This document shows positions 1 through 12,600 of a DNA stretch of 64,000 nt, one piece after another. The notes below the pieces were generated by a model. The model saw nothing but the letters and a program-made list of their open reading frames with translations, ran no database searches and was not told where the DNA came from. Position 1 is the first letter of the stretch, and each line of letters starts with the position of its first letter. Source of the DNA: Eledone cirrhosa. Lineage: Eukaryota. The position numbers were made by a program, and so were the translations under genes. The stretch spans positions 340,504,001-340,568,000 of the forward strand of contig OZ024740.1 in assembly GCA_964016885.1 (NCBI GenBank), given 5' to 3'.

Positions 1-1280
1 TTCAGGTCACTCTTCCCCACTGCTGATTTTATCACCCAGATAATGGAAGCTGTCCACGATTTCTATAGAACCATCTGTGCAATGGAATGAGTTAGTAATC
101 TGTGGGCACTTGCTGCTACTTATTGCACCAGAGCACCGGCCACATATAAAATCTATATTCTTAGTTAGCTTACCTGTGATCCCACTACATCTTTTATGCA
201 CCCATACTTTGCATTTGGGACATAAAATGGAGTTTCTACCTACTCCTTTCCTACACACTGAGCATGGCCATTTCCCAGATGGGACTGGTGCCCTATTTTC
301 CTTCCTACAAACTAGAACTTTAGTCTTAGACAGGTTAATTTTAAGGCCTTTTGATTCTAGGCCATGCTTCCATGTTTGGAATTTCTTCTCTAGTTCAGCC
401 ATTGATTCAGCTATAAGCGTTAGATCATCTGCATATAGGAGTTCCCATGGGCAGCCGGTCTTGAACTCCTCTGTTATAGCCTGAAGGGCAATAATAAATA
501 GGAGGGGGCTAAGGACGGAGCCCTGATGAACACCAACTTTTACGCTAAACTCTTCACTATATTCGTTGTTAATTCTAACCTTGCTGACTGTTTCTTTATA
601 CATGGCTTGTATAGCTCTCACAAGCCATTCATCAACACCTAGTTTTCTAAGGGCCCACCAGATAATCGAGCGGGGTACTCTGTCAAAGGCTTTCTCCAAG
701 TCAACAAAAGCTAAGTAGAGGGGTTTACTTTTAGCTAGGTACTTCTCCTGTAGTTGTACAATGAAAAGAGCGTCTGTTGTACTTTTTCCTGACACAAACC
801 CGAATTGCATTTCATCTAGATCAATTCGCTCTCTGATTAGTTGCGCTATTACTTTTTCTGTGACCTTCATGACCTGGTCAATTAATTTAATGCCTCTATA
901 GTTTCACCTATCTAGGGCATCACCTTTACCCTTGTAGCAGTTAATGATGATGCTGCTGCACCAGTCCTTCGGAACGACCCCATTCTGTATGACTTGGTTT
1001 ACTATCCGGGTGACCATAGTGTCCCCCACCGTTCCAGATGCTTTCAGTATTTTGGCAACTATTTCCGAAGGCCCGGCCGCCTTGCCCGTCTTTGATCGCC
1101 TTACTTATTATACTACCTTCAACTAGCACTGCTGGTCCCTCTATTGGGTCAATGTGGGGGAGACTGTCTTTCTCCCAATTATTCTCCTCATTTAGTAGCC
1201 TTTCGTAGTGACACTTCCAAGCTACCTTCTTATCAGTGTCTGTGATGGCAAGTACACCATCATCATTTAGTACACCATCA
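1..1280 (-). pseudogene. RTE-clade LINE ORF, inverted 5' segment (RT domain plus PHD-like Cys cluster); frameshifted, runs off the window edge
   Basis: Minus-strand translation gives QFGF, AFVDLEKAFDRV, GVHQGSVLSPLLF, LLYADDL and WPCSVC...CPKCKVWVHKRC...CGRC. It is colinear with ORF 53645-55996, broken by frameshifts, with an in-frame TGA at 7-9. Confidence 0.93.
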
Positions 1281-1974
1281 AGCATAAATGAACTAAGTGA
1301 TAAATTAGGAATAAGAGGGATCAGTTGCTGTTTACTCGAGAGAAGACTACGTTGGTATGGCCACGTGATGCGCATGAAAGACGACAGCTGTATAAAAAAG
1401 TGCAGGGCGATCAAAATTGATGGTAGTTACGGAGTAGGTAGACCCAGAAAAACCTGGGACGTTCTGATAAATTCCGACCTTACACACTTGCACCTCTCTA
1501 AGACAATGTCACTGGACCGAGATCTTTGGCGCTACGCAGTCATACAGATGACCCGCCTTGCCTATGTACAAAGCGAAACCTAGTCAGTAGGTACCTCTTA
1601 CTAAATATACACCCCAATCTACTACCCCTACCCTATCCTCCCACTCCCACCAACACCACCCTCTCTCTATAAAGTTGGTACCACAACATCCAGTCCAAAT
1701 AAATGAGATCGAGATTGTGTAGGTGTCATGAGAAAAAACACAGTCCATGCTGTAATGTGGCCTTGTAGGTAACACGGTAAAAAGTTCCCAGTTCCACACT
1801 GTAAATGTGGTTGGTGTTAGGAAGGGCATCCAGCCGTAGAAAACCTGCCAGATAGTCCTATATGAGCGAGACATGGTCACCCGACCAACCTTGCCTCAAG
1901 TGGGACAACTCCCATCTAACCCATGCTAGCGTGGAAAGTGGACGTTAAACGAAGATGATGATGATGATGATGAT
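1281..1974 (+). mobile_element. RTE LINE 3' end (C-terminal ORF, 3' UTR, (GAT)n tail), sense partner of the inverted segment
   Basis: SINELSDKLGIRGI...RRLRWYGHVMRM...GRPRKTW, stop at 1583. The 3' UTR ends ccatgctagcgtggaaagtggacgttaaacgaa followed by (gat)7 at 1954-1974. Confidence 0.9.
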
Positions 1975-2251
1975 TACTCTATATTTACTATAGTATTTTT
2001 GTGCTAAAGGGTTTATCTCACATAATATCAAATCTATGAGATTTTGATATTTATTTTGAGAACAATACCCTAATGTCGATATGAGTGGTCAGTCACAACC
2101 AGTTTGAACAGACTGAGGTGAGAGAATTCTGGCTGGATACGGCTGGTTTAAATGCTAAAAGGGTTAATAACAACTGACCAAAAATAAGATTTCTATTAAA
2201 GGAAACAAAACAAACAAAAAAGACAATGAAACTTCTTCCTATATTACTCAT

Positions 2252-2332
2252 CATCATGTGCATAAATAGTGCTAAGTTGAAACTATGCAATGTGGGTGTC
2301 AGACACTGCCAAGGGTGCACACTGTCTCCTCC
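2252..2332 (+). pseudogene. 5' piece of a 5'-truncated RTE (Expander/Rex3-like) RT, containing the single progenitor copy of the 48-bp monomer (2281-2328)
   Basis: Translates CINSAKLKLCNVGVRHCQGCTLSP, matching the LINE RT region 'vrI.g.kS..F.V.VGLRQGCxLSP'. 2281-2328 differs from the array consensus at 1 base. The left boundary is approximate. Confidence 0.8.
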
Positions 2333-2561
2333 TGTAGCCGGAGGCATTTGGACTTACCTTGCGTCGCTCTGTCGCTGGTTCCACCGCCCACGTGGGGTAC
2401 TTTCCACTCGAGTCTGCCTTCACATGTCCGTCACCTTGCAGGGTGTATAGCTAAGAGACGGCTGTTCACGGCCTGATCCCTCGAGTGGTCCCCTCCGTCC
2501 TCCTGCTTCCGGTCAGGCGTCCTCTAATTTCCGGCAATCCCCCTCCCACGGCAGCTCTACA
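2333..2561 (-). repeat. LTR (3' LTR of the minus-strand element)
   Basis: tgtagccggaggc...gcagctctaca, TG..CA ends, aligns with 3442-3646, and has an adjacent PPT. Confidence 0.85.
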
Positions 2562-2567
2562 ACCCCT

Positions 2568-3250
2568 CTATCTCGCGGCAATTATTAGTGATGTGGCCTG
2601 GTCACTTGCAGCGATAGCAGGCTTCAGCTCTCTGCAGTCCCTTGCCATGTGCCGGCCCTGGCACCTGAAGCACCGGCCCCCGAAAGCTTGTGAACGACTA
2701 TTCACAGCGACAGGTCTCCTTTCGCCATACGTCGGTCGCTGTTGACTACCATGGGCTTCCGTCACTGCCAGCTGTGCAACACTCCACCTCGTGTCCTGTG
2801 TTATTACGCGGGCCTGTGCGATGAGCTCGCTCATGCTCAACTCCCTGTTGCCGGGCAGCTTCACGGAGATTTCGTCAGGGAACGCGTTCATAAAGGCCAA
2901 CCGCACGGCGCATTGACGTTCTACCACAAATCTGGCCAGTGTAGCCAACTGCCGTAACTCTGTCACGAACACGTCCAAGTGCTCTCCCTGCCATCTCGCT
3001 CTGCCTAGCATGGCAAAAGCAGCATACAGCCCCTTGGTGAACGCTTCCTTAAGTCGCTGCCCTATCCTCTCCGCGTTCAGTTGGTCTCTCTCGTCCATCT
3101 TGAGGTACAGTACTAGGGCATCCCCGTCGAGATGTAGAGCGATCAAACCAGCAGCGAAGCAACCAATGTGACCTTTCTCAACCAGGCCACATCTCCTTCG
3201 CTGTTAAAAGCCTTGATCGTGTCGCTATTCAATCTCAGTTTTGTCACCAT
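2568..3250 (-). pseudogene. gag: Retrotransposon gag remnant with two CCHC zinc knuckles
   Basis: ATG at 3250 gives MVTKLRLNSDTIKAFNSEGDVAWLRKVTLVA, then after a frameshift IALHLDGDALVLYL...AFMNAFPDEIS...CFRCQGRHMARDC. A second knuckle CYRCK*PGHITNNC lies in a shifted frame near 2577-2618. Confidence 0.82.
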
Positions 3251-3279
3251 CTCCCTTGCGAGATTGGAAACAATTCAAC

Positions 3280-3323
3280 GATACCCCACGAAAGATACCC
3301 CACGAAAGATACCCCACGAAAGA
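3280..3323. repeat. 14-bp x3 tandem repeat (GATACCCCACGAAA) in the LTR-element leader
   Basis: Three exact copies at 3280, 3294 and 3308. Confidence 0.95.
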
Positions 3324-3441
3324 GAAACAAAACAACAAAACAACAAAAAAGAAAATTAAAAAAAACGGTAAACTAAAGGGCTGCCGTGCCGGGAGTAAGA
3401 ATGCTGAAAGATGGGAAATTTCATTAAACGCTGAAATAGCT

Positions 3442-3646
3442 TGTAGCCAGAGGCATTCGGACTTACCTTGTGTCTCTCTGTCGCTGGTTCCACCGTCCAC
3501 GTGGGGTACTTTCCACTCGCGCCTGTCTTCACATGTCCGTCACCTTGCAGGGCGTATAGCTAAGAGAGGGCTGTTCACACCTTGATCCCTCGAGTCACCC
3601 CCATCCTGATTCCGGTCAGGCGTCCCCCTCCCACGACAGCTCTACA
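3442..3646 (-). repeat. LTR (5' position), itself preceded on the minus strand by a PPT at 3647-3660
   Basis: tgtagccagaggc...acagctctaca followed by ccccctctatctcg. It is a diverged copy of 2333-2561 with substitutions and a deletion of about 20 bp. Confidence 0.85.
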
Positions 3647-3675
3647 CCCCCTCTATCTCGAAGAAGCCCCACACT

Positions 3676-6600
3676 ATGGGTGTCAAACACTGCCAAGGGT
3701 GCACACTGTCTCAACTATACAATGTGGGTGTCAAACACTGCCAAGGGTGCACACTGTCTCAACTATACAATGTGGGTGTCAGACACTGCCAAGGGTGCAC
3801 ACTGTCTCAACTACACAATGTGGGTGTCAGACACTGCCAAGGGTGCACACTGTCTCAACTACACAATGTGGGTGTCAGACACTGCCAAGAGAGCACACTG
3901 TCTCAACTATACAATGTGGGTGTCAGACACTGCTAAGGGTGCACACTGTCTCAACTACACAATGTGGGTGTCAGGCACTGCTAAGGGTGCACACTGTCTC
4001 AACTATACAATGTGGGTGTCAGACACTGCTAAGGGTGCACACTGTCTCAACTACACAATGTGGGTGTCAGACACTGCCAAGAGTGCACACTGTCTCAACT
4101 ATACAATGTGGGTGTCAGACACTGCCAAGGGTGCACACTGTCTCAACTATACAATGTGGGTGTCAGACACTGCCAAGAGTGCACACTGTCTCAACTATAC
4201 AATGTGGGTGTCACACACTGCCAAGGGTGCACACTGTCTCAACTATACAATGTGGGTGTCAGACACTGCCAAGAGAGCACACTGTCTCAACTACACAATG
4301 TGGGTGTCAGACACTGCCAAGGGTGCACACTGTCTCAACTACACAATGTGGGTGTCAGACACTGCCAAGGGTGCACACTGTCTCAACTATACAATGTGGG
4401 TGTCAGACACTGCCAAGAGAGCACACTGTCTCAACTACACAATGTGGGTGTCAGACACTGCCAAGAGAGCACACTGTCTCAACTACACAATGTGGGTGTC
4501 AGACACTGCCAAGAGAGCACACTGTCTCAACTATACAATGTGGGTGTCAGACACTGCTAAGGGTGCACACTGTCTCAACTATACAATGTGGGTGTCAGAC
4601 ACTGCCAAGAGAGCACACTGTCTCAACTACACAATGTGGGTGTCAGACACTGCCAAGAGAGAACACTGTCTCAACTACACAATGTGGGTGTCAGACACTG
4701 CCAAGAGAGCACACTGTCTCAACTACACAATGTGGGTGTCAGACACTGCCAAGAGTGCACACTGTCTCAACTACACAATGTGGGTGTCAGACACTGCTAA
4801 GGGTGCACACCGTCTCAACTATACAATGTGGGTGTCAGACACTGCCAAGAGAGCACACTGTCTCAACTACACAATGTGGGTGTCAGACACTGCCAAGAGA
4901 GCACACTGTCTCAACTACACAATGTGGGTGTCAGACACTGCCAAGAGAGCACACTGTCTCAACTACACAATGTGGGTGTCAGACACTGCCAGGAGAGCAC
5001 ACTGTCTCAACTATACAATGTGGGTGTCAGACACTGCTAAGGGTGCACACTGTCTCAACTACACAATGTGGGTGTCAGGCACTGCTAAGGGTGCACACTG
5101 TCTCAACTATACAATGTGGGTGTCAGACACTGCTAAGGGTGCACACTGTCTCAACTACACAATGTGGGTGTCAGACACTGCCAAGAGTGCACACTGTCTC
5201 AACTATACAATGTGGGTGTCAGACACTGCCAAGGGTGCACACTGTCTCAACTATACAATGTGGGTGTCAGACACTGCCAAGAGTGCACACTGTCTCAACT
5301 ATACAATGTGGGTGTCACACACTGCCAAGGGTGCACACTGTCTCAACTATACAATGTGGGTGTCAGACACTGCCAAGAGAGCACACTGTCTCAACTACAC
5401 AATGTGGGTGTCAGACACTGCCAAGGGTGCACACTGTCTCAACTACACAATGTGGGTGTCAGACACTGCCAAGGGTGCACACTGTCTCAACTATACAATG
5501 TGGGTGTCAGACACTGCCAAGAGAGCACACTGTCTCAACTACACAATGTGGGTGTCAGACACTGCCAAGAGAGCACACTGTCTCAACTACACAATGTGGG
5601 TGTCAGACACTGCCAAGAGAGCACACTGTCTCAACTATACAATGTGGGTGTCAGACACTGCCAAGGGTGCACACTGTCTCAACTATACAATGTGGGTGTC
5701 AGACACTGCTAAGGGTGCACACTGTTTCAACTACACAATGTGGGTGTCAGACACTGCAAAGGGTGCACACTGTCTCAACTACACAATGTGGGTGTCAGAC
5801 ACTGCCAAGGGTGCACACTGTCTCAACTACACAATGTGGGTGTCAGACACTGCCAAGGGTGCACACTGTCTCAACTACACAATGTGGGTGTCAGACACTG
5901 CCAAGGGTGCACACTATCTCAACTACACAATGTGGGTGTCAGACACTGCTAAGGATGCACACTGTCTCAACTATACAATGTGGGTGTCAGACACTGCCAA
6001 GAGTGCACACTGTCTCAACTATACAATGTGGGTGTCAGACACTGCCAAGAGTGCACACTGTCTCAACTATACAATGTGGGTGTCAGACACTGCTAAGGGT
6101 GCACACTGTCTCAACTACACAATGTGGGTGTCAGACACTGCCAAGGATGCACACTGTCTCAACTACACAATGTGGGTGTCAGACACTGCTAAGGGTGCAC
6201 ACTGTCTCAACTATACAATGTGGGTGTCAGACACTGCCAAGAGTGCACACTGTCTCAACTACACAATGTGGGTGTCAGACACTGCTAAGGGTGCACACTG
6301 TCTCAACTATACAATGTGGGTGTCAGACACTGCCAAGAGTGCACACTGTCTCAACTATACAATGTGGGTGTCAGACACTGCCAAGAGTGCACACTGTCTC
6401 AACTATACAATGTGGGTGTCAGACACTGCTAAGGGTGCACACTGTCTCAACTACACAATGTGGGTGTCAGACACTGCCAAGGATGCACACTGTGTCAACT
6501 ACACAATGTGGGTGTCAGACACTGCTAAGGGTGCACACTGTCTCAACTATACAATGTGGGTGTCAGACACTGCCAAGAGTGCACACTGTCTCAACTATAC

Positions 6601-9600
6601 AATGTGGGTGTCAGACACTGCTAAGGGTGCACACTGTCTCAACTATACAATGTGGGTGTCAGACACTGCCAACGGAGCACACTGTCTCAACTATACAATG
6701 TGGGTGTCAGACACTGCCAAGGGTGCACACTGTCTCAACTATACAATGTGGGTGTCAGACACTGCTAAGGGTGCACACTGTCTCAACTATACAATGTGGG
6801 TGTCAGACACTGCTAAGGGTGCACACTGTCTCAACTATACAATGTGGGTGTCAGACACTGCCAAGGGTGCACACTGTCTCAACTACACAATGTGGGTGTC
6901 AGACACTGCCAAGGGTGCACACTGTCTCAACTATACAATGTGGGTGTCAGACACTGCTAAGGGTGCACACTGTCTCAACTATACAATGTGGGTGTCAGAC
7001 ACTGCTAAGGGTGCACACTGTCTCAACTACACAATGTGGGTGTCAGGCACTGCCAAGGGTGCACACTGTCTCAACTACACAATGTGGGTGTCAGACACTG
7101 CTAAGGGTGCACACTGTCTCAACTACACAATGTGGGTGTCAGGCACTGCCAAGGGTGCACACTGTCTCAACTATACAATGTGGGTGTCAAACACTGCCAA
7201 GGGTGCACACTGTCTCAACTATACAATGTGGGTGTCAGACACTGCCAAGGGTGCACACTGTCTCAACTACACAATGTGGGTGTCAGACACTGCCAAGGGT
7301 GCACACTGTCTCAACTACACAATGTGGGTGTCAGACACTGCCAAGAGAGCACACTGTCTCAACTATACAATGTGGGTGTCAGACACTGCTAAGGGTGCAC
7401 ACTGTCTCAACTACACAATGTGGGTGTCAGGCACTGCTAAGGGTGCACACTGTCTCAACTATACAATGTGGGTGTCAGACACTGCTAAGGGTGCACACTG
7501 TCTCAACTACACAATGTGGGTGTCAGACACTGCCAAGAGTGCACACTGTCTCAACTATACAATGTGGGTGTCAGACACTGCCAAGGGTGCACACTGTCTC
7601 AACTATACAATGTGGGTGTCAGACACTGCCAAGAGTGCACACTGTCTCAACTATACAATGTGGGTGTCACACACTGCCAAGGGTGCACACTGTCTCAACT
7701 ATACAATGTGGGTGTCAGACACTGCCAAGAGAGCACACTGTCTCAACTACACAATGTGGGTGTCAGACACTGCCAAGGGTGCACACTGTCTCAACTACAC
7801 AATGTGGGTGTCAGACACTGCCAAGGGTGCACACTGTCTCAACTATACAATGTGGGTGTCAGACACTGCCAAGAGAGCACACTGTCTCAACTACACAATG
7901 TGGGTGTCAGACACTGCCAAGAGAGCACACTGTCTCAACTACACAATGTGGGTGTCAGACACTGCCAAGAGAGCACACTGTCTCAACTATACAATGTGGG
8001 TGTCAGACACTGCTAAGGGTGCACACTGTCTCAACTATACAATGTTGGTGTCAGACACTGCCAAGAGAGCACACTGTCTCAACTACACAATGTGGGTGTC
8101 AGACACTGCCAAGAGAGCACACTGTCTCAACTACACAATGTGGGTGTCAGACACTGCCAAGAGAGCACACTGTCTCAACTACACAATGTGGGTGTCAGAC
8201 ACTGCCAAGAGTGCACACTGTCTCAACTACACAATGTGGGTGTCAGACACTGCTAAGGGTGCACACCGTCTCAACTATACAATGTGGGTGTCAGACACTG
8301 CCAAGAGAGCACACTGTCTCAACTACACAATGTGGGTGTCAGACACTGCCAAGAGAGCACACTGTCTCAACTACACAATGTGGGTGTCAGACACTGCCAA
8401 GAGAGCACACTGTCTCAACTACACAATGTGGGTGTCAGACACTGCCAGGAGAGCACACTGTCTCAACTATACAATGTGGGTGTCAGACACTGCTAAGGGT
8501 GCACACTGTCTCAACTATACAATGTGGGTGTCAGACACTGCCAAGAGAGCACACTGTCTCAACTACACAATGTGGGTGTCAGACACTGCCAAGAGAGCAC
8601 ACTGTCTCAACTACACAATGTGGGTGTCAGACACTGCCAAGAGAGCACACTGTCTCAACTACACAATGTGGGTGTCAGACACTGCCAAGAGTGCACACTG
8701 TCTCAACTACACAATGTGGGTGTCAGACACTGCTAAGGGTGCACACTGTCTCAACTATACAATGTGGGTGTCAGACACTGCCAAGAGAGCACACTGTCTC
8801 AACTACACAATGTGGGTGTCAGACACTGCCAAGAGAGCACACTGTCTCAACTACACAATGTGGGTGTCAGACACTGCCAAGAGAGCACACTGTCTCAACT
8901 ACACAATGTGGGTGTCAGACACTGCCAAGAGAGCACACTGTCTCAACTACACAATGTGGGTGTCAGACACTGCCAAGGGTGCACACTGTCTCAACTACAC
9001 AATGTGGGTGTCAGACACTGCCAAGGGTGCACACTGTCTCAACTACACAATGTGGGTGTCAGACACTGCCAAGAGAGCACACTGTCTCAACTACACAATG
9101 TGGGTGTCAGACACTGCCAAGGGTGCACACTGTCTCAACTATACAATGTGGGTGTCAGACACTGCTAAGGGTGCACACTGTTTCAACTACACAATGTGGG
9201 TGTCAGACACTGCAAAGGGTGCACACTGTCTCAACTACACAATGTGGGTGTCAGACACTGCCAAGGGTGCACACTGTCTCAACTACACAATGTGGGTGTC
9301 AGACACTGCCAAGGGTGCACACTGTCTCAACTACACAATGTGGGTGTCAGACACTGCCAAGGGTGCACACTATCTCAACTACACAATGTGGGTGTCAGAC
9401 ACTGCTAAGGATGCACACTGTCTCAACTATACAATGTGGGTGTCAGACACTGCCAAGAGTGCACACTGTCTCAACTATACAATGTGGGTGTCAGACACTG
9501 CCAAGAGTGCACACTGTCTCAACTATACAATGTGGGTGTCAGACACTGCTAAGGGTGCACACTGTCTCAACTACACAATGTGGGTGTCAGACACTGCCAA

Positions 9601-12600
9601 GGATGCACACTGTCTCAACTACACAATGTGGGTGTCAGACACTGCTAAGGGTGCACACTGTCTCAACTATACAATGTGGGTGTCAGACACTGCCAAGAGT
9701 GCACACTGTCTCAACTACACAATGTGGGTGTCAGACACTGCTAAGGGTGCACACTGTCTCAACTATACAATGTGGGTGTCAGACACTGCCAAGAGTGCAC
9801 ACTGTCTCAACTATACAATGTGGGTGTCAGACACTGCCAAGAGTGCACACTGTCTCAACTATACAATGTGGGTGTCAGACACTGCTAAGGGTGCACACTG
9901 TCTCAACTACACAATGTGGGTGTCAGACACTGCCAAGGATGCACACTGTGTCAACTACACAATGTGGGTGTCAGACACTGCTAAGGGTGCACACTGTCTC
10001 AACTATACAATGTGGGTGTCAGACACTGCCAAGAGTGCACACTGTCTCAACTATACAATGTGGGTGTCAGACACTGCTAAGGGTGCACACTGTCTCAACT
10101 ATACAATGTGGGTGTCAGACACTGCCAACGGAGCACACTGTCTCAACTATACAATGTGGGTGTCAGACACTGCCAAGGGTGCACACTGTCTCAACTATAC
10201 AATGTGGGTGTCAGACACTGCTAAGGGTGCACACTGTCTCAACTATACAATGTGGGTGTCAGACACTGCTAAGGGTGCACACTGTCTCAACTATACAATG
10301 TGGGTGTCAGACACTGCCAAGGGTGCACACTGTCTCAACTACACAATGTGGGTGTCAGACACTGCCAAGGGTGCACACTGTCTCAACTATACAATGTGGG
10401 TGTCAGACACTGCTAAGGGTGCACACTGTCTCAACTATACAATGTGGGTGTCAGACACTGCTAAGGGTGCACACTGTCTCAACTACACAATGTGGGTGTC
10501 AGGCACTGCCAAGGGTGCACACTGTCTCAACTACACAATGTGGGTGTCAGACACTGCTAAGGGTGCACACTGTCTCAACTACACAATGTGGGTGTCAGGC
10601 ACTGCCAAGGGTGCACACTGTCTCAACTACACAATGTGGGTGTCAGACACTGCCAAGAGTGCGCACTGTCTCAACTATACAATGTGGGTGTCAGACACTG
10701 CCAAGGGTGCACACTGTCTCAACTACACAATGTGGGTGTCAGACACTGCCAAGAGTGCACACTGTCTCAACTATACAATGTGGGTGTCAGACACTGCTAA
10801 GGGTGTACACTGACTCAACTACACAATGTGGGTGTCAGACACTGCCAAGAGTGCACACTGTCTCAACTACACAATGTGGGTGTCAGACACTGCCAAGGGT
10901 GCACACTGTCTCAACTACACAATGTGGGTGTCAGACACTGCTAAGGGTGCACACTGTTTCAACTATACAATGTGGGTGTCAGACACTGCCAAGGGAGCAC
11001 ACTGTCTCAACTATACAATGTGGGTGTCAGACACTGCCAAGAGTGCACACTGTCTCAACTACACAATGTGGGTGTCAGACACTGCCAAGGGTGCACACTG
11101 TCTCAACTACACAATGTGGGTGTCAGACACTGCTAAGGGTGCACACTGTTTCAACTATACAATGTGGGTGTCAGACACTGCCAAGGGTGCACACTGTCTC
11201 AACTATACAATGTGGGTGTCAGACACTGCTAAGGGTGCACACTGTCTCAACTACACAATGTGGGTGTCAGACACTGCTAAGGGTGCACACTGTCTCAACT
11301 ATACAATGTAGGTGTCAGACACTGCCAAGAGAGCACACTGTCTCAACTATACAATGTGGGTGTCAGACACTGCCAAGGATGCACACTGTCTCAACTATAC
11401 AATGTGGGTGTCAGACACTGCTAAGGGTGCACACTGTCTCAACTACACAATGTGGGTGTCAGACACTGCCAAGGGTGCACACTGTCTCAACTACACAATG
11501 TGGGTGTCAGACACTGCTAAGAGAGCACACTGTCTCAACTATACAATGTGGGTGTCAGACACTGCCAAGGGTGCACACTGTCTCAACTATACAATGTGGG
11601 TGTCAGACACTGCCAAGAGAGCACACTGTCTCAACTATACAATGTGGGTGTCAGACACTGCTAAGGGTGCACACTGTTTCAACTATACAATGTGGTTGTC
11701 AGACACTGCTAAGTGTGCACACTGTCTCAACTACACAATGTGGGTGTCAGACACTGCTAAGGGTGCACACTGTCTCAACTATACAATGTGGGTGTCAGAG
11801 ACTGCCAAGGGTGCACACTGTCTCAACTATACAATGTGGGTGTCAGACACTGCTAAGGGTGCACACTGTCTCAACTACACAATGTGGGTGTCAGACACTG
11901 CTAAGGGTGCACACTGTCTCAACTATACAATGAGGGTGTCAGACACTGCCAAGAGAGCACACTGTCTCAACTATACAATGTGGGTGTCAGACACTGCCAA
12001 GGGTGCACACTGTCTCAACTATACAATGTGGGTGTCAGACACTGCCAAGGGTGCACACTGTCTCAACTATACAATGAGGGTGTCAGACACTGCCAAGAGT
12101 GCACACTGTCTCAGCTATACAATGTGGGTGTCAGACACTGCCAAGAGTGCACACTGTCTCAACTACACAATGTGGGTGTCAGACACTGCCAAGGGTGCAC
12201 ACTGTCTCAACTATACAATGTGGGTGTCAGACACTGCCAAGGATGCACACTGTCTCAACTATACAATGAGGGTGTCAGACACTGCTAAGGGTGCACACTG
12301 TCTCAACTACACAATGTGGGTGTCAGACACTGCCAAGAGTGCACACTGTCTCAACTATACAATGTGGGTGTCAGACACTGCCAAGAGTGCACACTGTCTC
12401 AACTATACAATGTGGGTGTCAGACACTGCTAAGGGTGCACACTGTCTCAACTACACAATGTGGGTGTCAGACACTGCCAAGGATGCACACTGTCTCAACT
12501 ACACAATGTGGGTGTCAGACACTGCTAAGGGTGCACACTGTCTCAACTATACAATGTGGGTGTCAGACACTGCCAAGAGTGCACACTGTCTCAACTACAC

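Larger units (their letters stand above)
2333..3660 (-). mobile_element. Non-autonomous gag-only LTR retroelement (Ty3/Gypsy-like gag, no pol)
   Basis: Direct repeats 2333-2561 and 3442-3646, both bounded TGTAG...CTACA. Polypurine tract GAGATAGAGGGG on the minus strand at 2562-2574. The gag remnant lies between the LTRs. Confidence 0.85.

Noticed and set aside
3370-3441. Primer-binding site of the LTR element
   Set aside because: No TGG-initiated tRNA-complementary sequence is recognisable next to the LTR.
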